61,936 nt of DNA. It comes from Bigelowiella natans CCMP2755. Taxonomy: Eukaryota; Protista; Cercozoa. The stretch lies in assembly GCA_000320545.1 (NCBI GenBank), contig ADNK01000252.1, forward strand, positions 1-61,936, in the 5' to 3' direction. The notes under the pieces are model-generated. The model was not told the origin of the DNA and ran no database searches. It saw only the letters and a list, made by a program, of their open reading frames with translations. Positions 41,205 through 54,248 of this stretch are shown piece by piece (positions within the stretch are counted from its first letter, which is position 1; each line of letters begins with the position of its first letter). The position numbers were made by a program, and so were the translations under genes.

Positions 41205-43018
41205 TGTTTGCTTTCCTCTACAAGGTGGATTGTGTTCGCACTGCAGCAGGCCGAAGGAAAGGCCGCCTGTCTAAATGGCATCCCGCAGATCTCGGAGCGG
41301 TATGATTTCTGATTTCGCGACATTCGATAGCATCATGTAAGACCACCCCCGAAGCAGTAAGAGGAAGTAAATGGGTAGATGAACAGGTTTATTAGACGTA
41401 AATTTCAAGACCAAGCTTTGACCCGCAGCTGCAATGCCCCTTTCCCTCCCTTCCTTATATTCATCCCCCCCTCGCGCGTGCTCTCCCCACATTTCAGGCA
41501 GTTATTGACGGACTGGTGGATCGTGTTGGCATGAGCGGCTCTCTGGTCGATGACGTTATCATGGGATGTGTCTCTCAGTATGGCGCTCAAACCGCCAACC
41601 TTTGCCGAACGTCTGTGCTTGCGTCGAAAAAACTACCGTTGGAAGTGCCAGGTAGCGAGGGAACACGCGAGCAGGGTGTTTAGTATGCTACAAAGTTTTT
41701 CCTTCTATTATTTTTCTCACGACGAATCGAGGCTGTGCAATGGGTGGTGGCAGCTGGGGTATATCCAATCGCGATAACCGACATCCTGTGTTCTATAATG
41801 ATATGGGCAATATTTCCGGACACTGACAATCATATCGCAAATTCTGATCTGCAATGCATGGTGTGCCATAAAAAGCAATAATTGACGGTAGCTTCTAAGC
41901 ACCGCCAAAGAAAAGTCCTGGAAATTTTGTGTACAACCATCCTACGTTCCTCAGGAGTCACAGTGGACAGGCAATGCGGCAGTGGTCAACAAGCCATCCA
42001 TTTCGCGGCCCAAGCGGTAGGTATTCGCAACAGGGAAAACAATAAATCAAGAGATACTTTACAAAGGGCAGCAGGATGTATATGCTCTGAAGAGAGTCGT
42101 TAGTTTTAACAGCGTTGAGTGCCCGCATGATTTCTTCTTCTTCTTCTTCTTCCTACTCTGTCAAAAAATCTGAAAATGATAACTTTCCAATGACCAGGTG
42201 ATGAGCGGGACTCAAGATGTCGTGATTGCGGCTGGAGTTGAGGTTCTATACGAACGTGTTAAAACAGACGTAAAAGACTACATACACCACACCGCTTAAG
42301 AGTCATCGTTATGGCCTCTGCTGTCTTCTCTTTTCCTCCTCATACACTCCTTCTTCCCACCTCCCCTTAGTCAATGTCATTAGTACCGATTGGATCCCCG
42401 GTGCTTGATGGAATCAAATATGGTAGTGATGATAGTGACTATGATGATGGTAGTGATCATCCGTCAGATTTATGCTTATTGATAGTTGCATATAGTAACT
42501 ACGAGTAAGCGATTTAAATATGCTTTCTCGCGCTTGTTCATCTGCTGCCCCTGTGATCTCCTTCTTCTTCTTCTTCTTCTTTTTCTTCGTCTATATTATG
42601 CAATGTGCCAAAGGTCGGGGAAACCCATATGCAACTACCGGGATTCAGGATAAATACGGAAAAGGGGTGTGATTGCTACTCGTATACAATGATGACAGCA
42701 GCAACAACAACAACAACAACAACAACAATGATAACAACAACAACACCAACCTGTGTCTGCTGGTGCTGCTTTTAAAACACAATTGGTACGACGACTTCTA
42801 AGTCGCTAATTTGGAGAATGGGCTGGCTATAATTCATACGCACAAGCACGCCCCTGCAGTAGTTGATAAACATCCCAGCAGTCTATTTCACAGCTTAGAG
42901 TCTAAATACGTTGGTCTTCTGACGTCGCTCCCTGGGGTGTCAATGAGTGAGTGAGTCAGTGTATGTTCTGTACAGGTCATGTTCAGCCAGTTCAAAGGAG
43001 CAGAACTTCTGGCGAAAG

Positions 43019-43051
<33 letters not shown>

Positions 43052-43526
43052 AAGAAGAAGAAGCATATCGGAAACATATCCCCCAATCGCAGCACCACAA
43101 TTACCACCATCACCATGTAGCTAGTAACAACAGACGCCGCACGCTACCGTAAGTCTCCCTGCTACTGGTATGCACGGCTTTGACTTTGCATATGCTGCCT
43201 CCTCCTGCTGCCCAGATATCAGTTGACTCGCGAAGAAATCGACGAATTCTCGCACTCATCTCACATCAAGGTAAAGCAGCCAAGAAGGGTGGCCAATGTC
43301 GGAACAAATCATGTTATTGAGTGGGTGGAATCATAGCTGCGCCTACAGAAGGAGGGAGATCCGTCGATCATTGTGTTTCTTGATGATGATGATGATGATG
43401 ATGATGGGATGGTGATGCCTCAGGCTGGACAAGCCACGAAGAAGGGCGTTTTCTCCAACGAAATCGTCCCACTTCAGGGTACACCGTTTGGCGGGAAAAT
43501 CTCTGATGCTATCTATAAAACCCATC

Positions 43527-43564
<38 letters not shown>

Positions 43565-44358
43565 ACATATTACTTTCTCAATTATATAGCAAACGACGCA
43601 TGACTCGGTCGTTAGATTCCCGTACTTTTTCGCAGTGAAAGAGACTTAGCCTATCCCCCAGCCCTGTGCACACACTGCCATTCACCACACGGTATTCATT
43701 TAACGCACTCATCATCATCGCCCCGCAACGGCCGTGTAGGCACTGACCGCAAGACCGGCGAAGTTGTTCTCCACGACAAGGACGAGGGGATCCGCTACAA
43801 TCCGAATCTGGCTAAGATGAAATGTAATCGACATGTTCTCACGAATAGTCACTTGCTGACCGTATCACCGTGTTAATACAAATAATGGGACTTGGGGTTT
43901 TCTTTCATGGTGTACGTCTTTTTCTTCTTCTATTTCCTCCTCCTCCTCCTCCTCCTCCTCCTCCTCCTCCTGGTTGCATGTATGTTATTAATGCGAACGA
44001 TAGCGTTAAAGCCGCTACAAGAAGGGGGGGTCGTGTCAGCTGCAGCGGTGAGTGCGCCTAATCTCTGACAGTAAGTGTATGTAGATCATAACCACTAGAT
44101 GAGCGAGTAGTCGCATATCTTGTACATCAAAAGTATCAGTTGACGACGTGGTGATGAGCGGCTTTGGAGCGAATAGCTTCTCTCCCAACGCCTCTACACT
44201 CTAACCTTCTCACCATACCAGCATCGATGTGCTTGTGCTTCTTGTTGTTATTATTCTTCAACTATTATATGATCGGACCCCCTCGATTTGGACAGGCAAG
44301 CCAAATCAGCGACGGAGCGGCAGCCATGCTCATCTGCAACGAGTATGAAACACACACA

Positions 44359-44426
<68 letters not shown>

Positions 44427-44462
44427 CACACGCACACACACACACACACACACATACACACA

Positions 44463-44503
<41 letters not shown>

Positions 44504-44582
44504 TGATACTCGCATATTACACGTTATTACCTTCAGGGAGGGGCTGAAGAAGATCGATGCAAGGCCTCGCGCACGGTTGACT

Positions 44583-44619
<37 letters not shown>

Positions 44620-45073
44620 CCCATCTTAGAATGATAGTAGTAATTCACACAGCGCATTGAAGCAAAGAGCACTGAGTGCAATAAAGAAGACAGATCTTCG
44701 ATAGTGATAACAATGATGATGATGATGCTGATGATGATGATGATGGTGATGATGTGGACTTTGCCGCCTTCCCCTCTGCCCACCCCCCTACATTCCACGA
44801 CGGTCTTTCTTAGAATCGTGGCTCTCGCCCTCGCTGGAAGCGACCCTGTGATGATGCTGAAAGGGCCCATTCCAGGTGAATGTGATAGGGAGATAGAAGG
44901 AAGAGTCAGAGGATAATTGCAATCGGAAAGAAGACAACCCGACGCTGCCAAATGTCGCACAGTGCATGTACCGGAAGGGAATGAAGAATGAATAGATGGA
45001 TTAGAAGGAGATTTGCTGCCTACTTTTAAAAGCGTCAAGACTGTTTCGAGACGTCGCAGCACAATTTGTGATT

Positions 45074-45117
<44 letters not shown>

Positions 45118-45745
45118 ACCTTTACATTATAATTCCCAGCAACTAAGGCAGTGCTGAAGAAGGCAGGGATGAGCCTGGGCGATATCGACATTTATGAGGT
45201 GGCTAAGAGTGCTTGTTCACATATTGTGATGTTGGTGTTGATGTTGTTGTTGTTGATGATGATGATGATGATGATGCTTTACCACTTCTGGCACTTGGTG
45301 GGGGTAGTAGGTATCACTAGAAGGTGGCAATATAGCTTGTCATCGAGAGGGGTATCTTATTCGCATGCAAGGCGAAGAAACATGCCAGAGCCATTCGTTC
45401 CACTATTTATTACGCAGTGGGAAGGAGGGAGGGAGAGAGAGCTACAAGGGGGGCGGGTGGCGGGTGGCGGGGGGTTAAATAGTGTTTCCAAAAACGACAT
45501 ATCTGAGTAGTTGTTCCCATCTTCTATCATGACTGGCTTTCAAAGGTTAACGAGGCATTTGCTAGCGTTCCTTTGGCATGGGCGAAAGCGCTCAAGGTGT
45601 GCTCTCAAGGATGATGATCGCTCGTCGTTGCTGTCATCGTCACCTACTGCAATGCTGCATACACAGCCAAACTTATCCACACACACACACATACACACAC
45701 ACACACACACACCCGCACACACACACACACACGCACACACACACA

Positions 45746-45786
<41 letters not shown>

Positions 45787-45923
45787 GACACACATACATG
45801 CGTTCCTGGTTATATTATAGATCTTATATTAATATATTTATTACAGGCCGATATGAAGAAATTAAATGTAAATGGTGGCGCCATTGCTCTCGGCCACCCC
45901 CTCGGATGTAAGCGGCATTATAT

Positions 45924-45968
<45 letters not shown>

Positions 45969-46426
45969 CATGTGTAGCATATGGATAGTAAATACGTATG
46001 CGCTCTCATACGGGTACTTGCTTAATGATAACGCCCATCATCATCATCATCATCATTACCATCAGGTACTGGTGTGAAGCTGATGACCACATTGGTGAAT
46101 ACGCTCGAGAGGGAGAACAAGAGGTGCCATCCACTCGACATCGTAACTGCCATGTTGTAGCAAGTGCGAGTACGTGTCCGATCTGTACTGTGATATCATC
46201 ATCTGTGAGAGCGCGAGCTCTGTTCATAGTCGAGCGTAAAATTTCGTTCTTGCACACCTTCCATTTGGATGGAACGTTAATTGAACAATACCATGGATAA
46301 TTCTATCCCCTCGCCCTTCCCCATGTCCACCCTCTGTGCAGGTACGGATTGCTTGCTATTTGCGAAGGGGGCGGGACTGCAAATGCGACTGTAATATAAC
46401 TATCATGTATGATACATATAAATAAT

Positions 46427-46476
<50 letters not shown>

Positions 46477-46505
46477 ATATATGCGTGTTTGTGCGTGCAC
46501 TTGTA

Positions 46506-46553
<48 letters not shown>

Positions 46554-46731
46554 TATGAGTTGTATAAGACAAGAATCACGATCCATCTATGCCCATTCCC
46601 AAATATGCCCCTACAATAACCTTCAGTATTATAAATATTTATGAGTTATATTAATATATTTGTCTGTTATGTGTGTGTTTATTCGTGCTCAGATCATAGA
46701 GAACTTGAGCTTTCGCAAGTCAAAGTTGTAA
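41029..46731 (+). CDS. Thiolase (acetyl-CoA C-acyltransferase), 21 exons, C-terminal PTS1 SKL
   Basis: Exons join in frame through GT-AG introns: MASPAYI|[25 protein letters not shown]|...[17 protein letters not shown]...|[20 protein letters not shown]|...DEGIR...|[10 protein letters not shown]...|VNEAFASV...|[15 protein letters not shown]|TG...|[16 protein letters not shown]|[12 protein letters not shown]. All catalytic motifs present. Confidence 0.95.
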
Positions 46732-47470
46732 GTTTAATTGACGCAATCTTAACTTCGCAGCAATGTCGAAGACTGTCAGTTAAACGTGCATAGCTAGATA
46801 TTCGTGCGCAGATCTGCATCAAGATAACAAGTTGCTCTGGGCTCCATCTTTGCAACACTTTTGAATCTAGTGACATCCATAGAACCCAATTTGCACGCAC
46901 ATCTAGATATGCTAGTATGTGTGCGAAATGCTATGTTAGCTGTGTACGACACGTGAATGCGTTACACCTTCTAGCCTTGCTAGCTTCTAGAGCTTGGATT
47001 GTATGTGGTCATCAATTCGTAGTATTTTCGTAGACACATTGATCCATTCGGGCATCCTGCATGTAATTTGATGTTTGCCTTGCTCATGAATGCTCTGAAT
47101 TACCTAGTTACTGTGGCATTTCGCTAAGATGTTCGTTGTAGATGTTTCGGTACAACCAGGGGCAGTGCATGGCTTAGCATAGAATGCTGTGCATGCTGTT
47201 GACTATAGCAGCGCGACGCGTGCGATCGTAGCACCACATTACGATGAAGAACATCTAGCTCGAACGTTGATTCAAATTTTCGTTGGTTTACATAGCCATA
47301 ACAAATAATCTAGGCAACTAGACAATGCATTCTAGCATTGCACAAGAATTTTTATATTTCATAAAAGGTTCATTATTTTTGGATAAGTGAATTAGTAAAT
47401 GAATGAGAGTATATCTAGTCTTTATAACTTATGCATTTAGTAGTGTGTCATATTTTTGAGGCAACAAAAA

Positions 47471-49741
47471 TTATACCCTCTTACTTTTCTTTTTCTTATT
47501 GTGTTTCAGACTTAATCGAATTTGATAATTCCCATTCCGGGTAATGTAGCGAACCCAAGGAAGAGCTTGATATCCACTTTTCTCAGTAATTTTCAGGTAT
47601 CTTACCTGCATTTGTAACAAGAAAAGCATCGCTAAGGTTTATCTATCATTCTTGAAATCGCACCAAAATCTATCAACTTTATACCTGCACTCCGCTGATA
47701 GTAAAGAAAGGAATTTCAAATTTAACATCTAACGCACGATCCATAGAAGCATCTTCTTCATTCCTAATGCTAGGTAGACCAAAATGACCCCTCATTATAT
47801 ACTGCTTCTGTCCAGGAAAGCTCTGAATTTTCCAGATCATCATGCTTGCTTCCGTATCATAGCCTACAGTGCCAACACTGCTCTTAAATTTCGGGCTATC
47901 TGCGTCATACGGTACTGGGACGCTGATTCGGACATTATTTGCGGTGCTTCTTCGCTTGAAATTTGACTTAGCTTTCACCAGATACTCAATTCTGGTAGGG
48001 TATGTTTCGATTTGGCATTCAACCCATATTAATGGGCGGACCTTCGAATCCAGCCTATATGTCATGAAGTCGAATTCGCCGTCGGGTGGAATGAAAGAGA
48101 TTGTCCGACTTGTTTCAAACCGGGAATGGCGTACGCATTGATGAAAACGAACGTCCTGAGTTGAGTACCATTATTTTAAAATTTGCATATAAAGATCTTT
48201 CTACCTCCATATCGACAGTTTTTTTGTTCCTACGACCACGTGCCTCATATAGTACTTTGTCGTTAAGGCCTAGTTTCAACTCAGGCATTCCACTGAGAAA
48301 GGATTTCATCTGATAAAGAAAGCTATCTGAGATTCATCTTCAAATATGCTAGCTAAATAAAATATTTGCCTTGATGGTTCCTAGAATTTCAGCATGCAGA
48401 ACTGTTCCTAAATATTTATGAGAAAGCTCAAGTATTGCGCTGGTTTCTTATAATCTGTTAGGATTTACCCTCAGCTGAGATGAGGCAATTAGCAAATTCA
48501 ATTACATCCAAGAATATTTCATTTTTCTTGTGAACAATGCCTTCCGATCTACATAAAGCATTCAGCAAATGTTTTAGAATCTCTTCGACGCAAACGTAGG
48601 CACGAAATTGAAACTGATATACCGCCATGGAGTTTGTCCCGTAACTGCTGTTGGAATGGCTTTGGGCCTCACCACCTTGTTATAAGGAAAAATATTTTTC
48701 GTTACATACTCTATATCATCAATCAGATACTTTGCTTGTGGTAATGTGGCAATACCACATTTGCTTCGGATTGATTGATAAATTCCTTAAGAATCTTAGG
48801 CTCTGTTGCTTGCGGATACCCATTATCCATCATCTTTTTGCAAGACAAGTTTGAGACAATATGATGTAAATGGGGCTTCAAATAGGACCTACCTCATCTA
48901 ACAATTCGTATATGAGGACAAAATTGTCTTTGACACTTTCTTCTTCAACACTTTTGAAGTATTCCTGGATGAAATATTTCACAGTTTCAGATAACTTACA
49001 AAATTATTGGACTCAACAATATTTTTCGACCTTAAACACCGCAAGCAATTTGTATAGGCTGTCGATTGAACCAAAATTTTTATATAAGGTATACTTAGGC
49101 ACAGCAGCGTACTTATTAGGTAAATGTAAATGTTACAATTGATTGAACTTACAAAGCCATTATCACTGCAACGTTAGCGTTCATGGTCACGGTTGCAATG
49201 AAATACAAATCTCTGATTAATTATGTTGGCACACACAGAATTATAAAAGTGTATACTTTTGCAATCAGAGGAACTCACCCATGCCGAATGAAGCAATAGT
49301 TACATGTTCCATCTATGGTGGGGAATATAGTTATCAACACAGTCTTATCACATGCGAAGTTCAATGTTCAATGTTCGAGGTCCAATCACAAAGGACCCAC
49401 CTTGAAAAATGGGCTTCAGGTCAGACTCGTCATGCGCTTCCAGTACTCTCTGCTTGAAGATTTCACGAACGTTCCGAGATGATGAAGCCTCTCTATAGTT
49501 TCTCTGAATCAACTCCTGTGAATAGAACATTGAATATGATTGAAAATGCATCTTCCTATCATGCTTGCGAGAAACTCAAGCATGAACCAAAAACAAAAAC
49601 GGAGAAAAACTTTTTGCAAAGATCACACACTATTTTGAGATGACTTCCAAATTGGCTGATGCCGATAAACTTCTGAATTTTCTCCTTGTCCCTTACACAA
49701 ACCTTTCCCTTCGCAGTGAGTATCGTAATGGAGCTTGCCAT
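47471..49741 (-). CDS. AP1M1: Clathrin adaptor AP-1 complex mu subunit (multi-exon)
   Basis: EYFKSVEEESVKDNFVLIYELLDE|MMDNGYPQATEPKILKEFI, WRSEGIVHKKNEIFLDVIE, MKSFLSGMPELKLGLNDK, DVRFHQCVR, ISFIPPDGEF, KSNFKRRSTANNV, VKFEIPFFTISGVQ|VRYLKITEKSGYQALPWVRYIT. These are mu1-type signatures. Confidence 0.93.
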
Positions 49742-50050
49742 TATTGCGATGACGAATCTACAGTTGTGGGTACCTGTTCTGTCGCAATCGGAAATCTCCG
49801 GCCATTTTACCACAAAATGAAGCATGAGACTGAATTTTTACTAAAGATTTATTGTTTCAGTGGCGGAAGCAGTAGATTTCACGTTTGTGCTAGTCGCGAC
49901 AAAGAACGGCTGGAGTTTTTAGTATTTTTCATTGTCTCAAAGGTAATGAGATCTGGGTTTGCTTCATCATCTGTTACCGCAATTGGAATAAAAACACTTC
50001 ATTTTTCACTTTCATTGGCAAGGGTCCAAGCTCTTCCTTACTGTATTACT

Positions 50051-52205
50051 ATGAACAAGCACTTTTACAAAAGATCAGCCGCACTACGCATAGGCTATGA
50101 CATATCCGTAGTTTCTACGCCAACAACAGAGAGTAGAAGTTGGAAACAAACGCCTGGATCCAGAACTCCAAGCTCGAAAAGCGTTTTGGACAGCAAAAAA
50201 AGAAAACGGACCGCCGGAAACTCGCGTTTAAATCCTGTTGGAACACCTAAAGTGCTTAGAACTCCATCCTCACAAATCCCAAAAAATATCGTATTCGTTT
50301 CTGTTACAGAGTACAGAAATAGAGGAATTATCGGAATTGCAACCATGAACTTGATGAAAGCAGAAATCTTGTTGTATCAAGTAACGATGATTTTAGAAAT
50401 ATTCTATTCCTATAAGACTTTGAACATTCTATATCTGATTAGTTTGCAGATAACCAAACGTATTCCAACACCTTAATGCTTTTAAACAACTTCGATCCCC
50501 AAGTCTGTTCATTTCAATATTTGGAACTTATATTCTCATTTGTTCTATACAAGCAAGAACTTGTTGATAATTGCTACCCAATATTTCAGCACATTATAAT
50601 TCCAAATACTCTCTTGGAACGCACACTGGGGATAGTTTTACAGGATGAGTTTGAACTCATAGAGCTTTCTGCATTCAGGTCGATTTGTAGTAATACCTTA
50701 ATAGTCTCCAGGTCTAAGAGATGCTTTATTTTTTTTGTTCAGACGGAAATATTTCAATGAGAATGACGGAATAGGTGTGCCTATATTTCGCTCCATGTAA
50801 CATAAATTATTTATGTTGAATTTCCCAACAGAATTTATCAAAGACCACGGCATTGAAGGGACATTAGAAAAAATTGGGGAGCTTTCTGAAAAATACCTCT
50901 CTCTTTCAGCAATGGCGTGCCTTGTAAGATACGTATGCATAGTACAGGTACCTTTAACGTGGATAAGCTCCTTATTACTTATCATCTACTACATTTGCTT
51001 TAATAGGATTTAAGTTTTCCTCGGAAATGCCTCCGCATTACATTCAGAACTCTTGAAGGAAGAATGAAAATAGATTCAATCACGGCAAGAAAGTTAGAGC
51101 TGATTCGATGTGAGGTAGAGTATGCAGTTTTACTGTTGTCCTCTGTGACTCATGTAAAGGTTGCAGATTCCAAAAAACATTCTTCGAGCTAGAAAGATTA
51201 AAAAGTCGTCACTCTTCGAAGTTCTCAACTACACATCAACCCCTATGGGTTCACGGCTTTTGAGGGCGTCCATTATGCAACCATACAATGATTTAGCAAC
51301 AATACAAGCTCGTTTGGACACAATTGAGGAACTCTGCAATTCTGACGAAATATTCTTCAGCCTTGTCAATATCCTTCCAAAGTTTATTGATTTAGACCAT
51401 CTGAATGCATGTCTTGTTAACATTCCTGCTACCGAAAACTTTAAGACAGCCTCCAATACAATCTCTAATATTTTGCACCTTAAGCGAACTTTGGAAATTC
51501 TACCAATTCTTTCAGCAACATGCCAAAAATGTGCTGGAGCATTACTTAAACTAATAGGTATTTTCAAAATCTGTTAGAGAGAACAGCTATACTTAAAATA
51601 CGTGATGTCAGGTGCAAATCTCGAAAGTGAGGACAGAATATTTCTTCATGAGGAAATTGAAAAGCGTTTGAACCCTGAAGCGTCTATTTCGAAAAAAAAA
51701 CAGCTGTGTAATATACGAAGTCAAATAACGCTAGCTGTGCTTCCTGGGAAAAATGGACTACTAGATGTTGCGCGCAGAACATATCAAGAAACAATCGAAG
51801 AGATTCATCATGAAGTTGGGGAATATAAGGAACTATTAAGCTGTGCTGGTGCATTTATAGTTCAACTACTCTACCAACTACTTATAGAATATATTACAGG
51901 TATAAAGTTATTGTTCAACGCAAGCCGCGGATAGTATAAAACATTTATCAGATAAAAGTAATTGTTATTCTAAGAATATTTACATTCTCAGTTATCTGTC
52001 GATTCCTTCGTTAGCTTTGGAAACACCAAATATTCCTATAAAGTTTGTTCAAAGAGTTGTAAGGGGTAAAAGGGTACTTTGCTCTACAGAAGATTTAATA
52101 TCCCTCAATGACCGACAGCAGCAATCCTATGAGGAAATCTGTCTCATGACTTCACGTGAAATTAACGAACTTCTTACCAAAATACGCAGCAAAGTTGGAT
52201 GGCTG

Positions 52206-52244
<39 letters not shown>

Positions 52245-52589
52245 ATTTTCGATACGTATATTCGAAAGTGATCATGCTCTGTAATGTATTAGATATAACG
52301 TTGCCGAGTCTATCGCATTTCTGGATTTGATCGTGTCAATGACCAAGTTTGTGATGATGAACGATAATTACGTGCGTCCAGACTTTACAACTGATGGGCC
52401 TATAGCAATAAAAGTTCGCATATAATGTTTTCTCGACAACTGTTATGAATTATTAACTCATATTTATCAAGGCTGGAAGACATTGCGTGATCGAGCAGGA
52501 ACAATCAATGGGTTGTTTTCCCATGCGGAAAACAATTTTTCATTCACACATATGTACACACACATACACACATGAAACAGACAAGGATT

Positions 52590-52635
<46 letters not shown>

Positions 52636-53838
52636 CAAATATACATTGTGCGTGTTTGTGTGCGTGTGTGTGTGTTTGTGTTCAAATGTCTTAGGTAAAT
52701 ATGTCGCGAACAATACGTTCTTATCCAGGGATTCAAATTTAAACATAATAACGGGTAAAAATATCGCTAATAAATATTTTCACTAGCTTATTTTTACTTT
52801 CGAAGGACCGAACAATGGTGGAAAATCTACCTATCTCTTACAAGTTGCTGTGATGACTGTCATCGCACATCTTGGGTGCTATGTTCCAGCAGAATACGCT
52901 TCAATTCGTCTGACAGATCAAATATTTGCTCTCATTGTCATGCAAGATGAAATTGAAAGCAACTCGTCGACATTTATGGCCGAAATGCGTCAGCTTGCAT
53001 ACATACTTCAAAACTCAAATTCAAAAAGCCTTATAATCATTGATGAACTTGGAAGGGGAACATCCACCCTTGAAGGTACAATCGGACTGATAATTGGTTA
53101 ATGTGAATTAAAGTATGGCGTTCAATTATTAGGGTTTTCTATTTGTTGGGCTACATGTGAGGAGTTGTTGCAGAGCGGAGCCTATACCCTTTTTGCAACA
53201 CATTTCTTGAAGTATCATATTATCTTTATCTGCTTATGGAGCAACATTAATGATGAGGACCTTTCTGTTAGGTTGACGCAACTGCCATTTCTATATAATC
53301 GTGTTAAGAATATTCACTTCCAAGTTATTAGCAATGAAGAAGATAAAGCCATTATTTTCGTTCATGAACTTAAGAATGGGCCCAGTGGGGAGTTGGATCA
53401 AAGATATGGAATACATATTGCAAAGGCATCCAATTTTGAACACTAAATTATGAATTGGAGATAAAGTAGCATGCAGTTTCCGCACCATTGCCTAAAGCTC
53501 AATATTCAATCGCCATACACAAGCTGAACCATTTTATGACAATACCATTTCTTAGATTTCAGGTTTCCCAGCAAAAATAATAAAGACCGCGAATAAAATT
53601 TACACTTCTCTTATTCGAATCGAAAGTAAAAGAATTTGCTCAGACAAGTCCTTAGCGATTGAAACAAACGACGATGAGTTAATCAAAAGCATTCTCGCTT
53701 GTAAGTATAGGTCAGCTCTTTCATCAATCAGCTGCAAGTATGAACAGTAACGATTATTTGTTCACATTTAGCTCACTTTCAGAGGAAGTACTGCATGATC
53801 ACTTGTTAATGTTGGCGAAAAAGTATGGCAAAATGTGA
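50051..53838 (+). CDS. MSH4: MutS homolog 4 (meiotic ZMM crossover protein), many short introns
   Basis: [64 protein letters not shown], Walker [42 protein letters not shown]. No N-terminal mismatch-binding domain, as expected for MSH4/5; the motifs fit MSH4. Start codon uncertain. Confidence 0.88.
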
Positions 53839-54248
53839 AACGTGAGGAAGCTTTACGATTTGATGAAAATTATGCGCCGTGCATGTCGCATGCATTTGAG
53901 TCGTTCAAGTAACAACCCTAGCTGTAGCACATGTAGCAACGCCGCGGCACCTGCATTCGATCATGATCTTTGCACTGGCATGCAGAATGCGATCTTGTTG
54001 GATAGTTTTCATTTTCATCGCGCCTCTATTCATACCACTGTGCCGTCATATCATTGAACATCAAAGATGAGTAAGGTTGCTAAGCATCCAGACAGCAATT
54101 CGCCATTTGCCACAGCGCTCGCAAATGTCTACACCTATTCCTGCCAATTTGTGCACATCACATGAGCATGTCATAACTTGTCGTTCCACACTCTATTTGT
54201 CAATTGGTGAAAATAAGTTTTACATGTAAAATTTCTCATTCATTTAAT

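Noticed and set aside
49640-50050. 5' part of the 278-aa ORF 49640-50476 as the MSH4 N-terminus
   Set aside because: It begins at a TTG and overlaps AP1M1 exon 1 antisense and the shared promoter; ATG 50051 is more plausible, though unproven.
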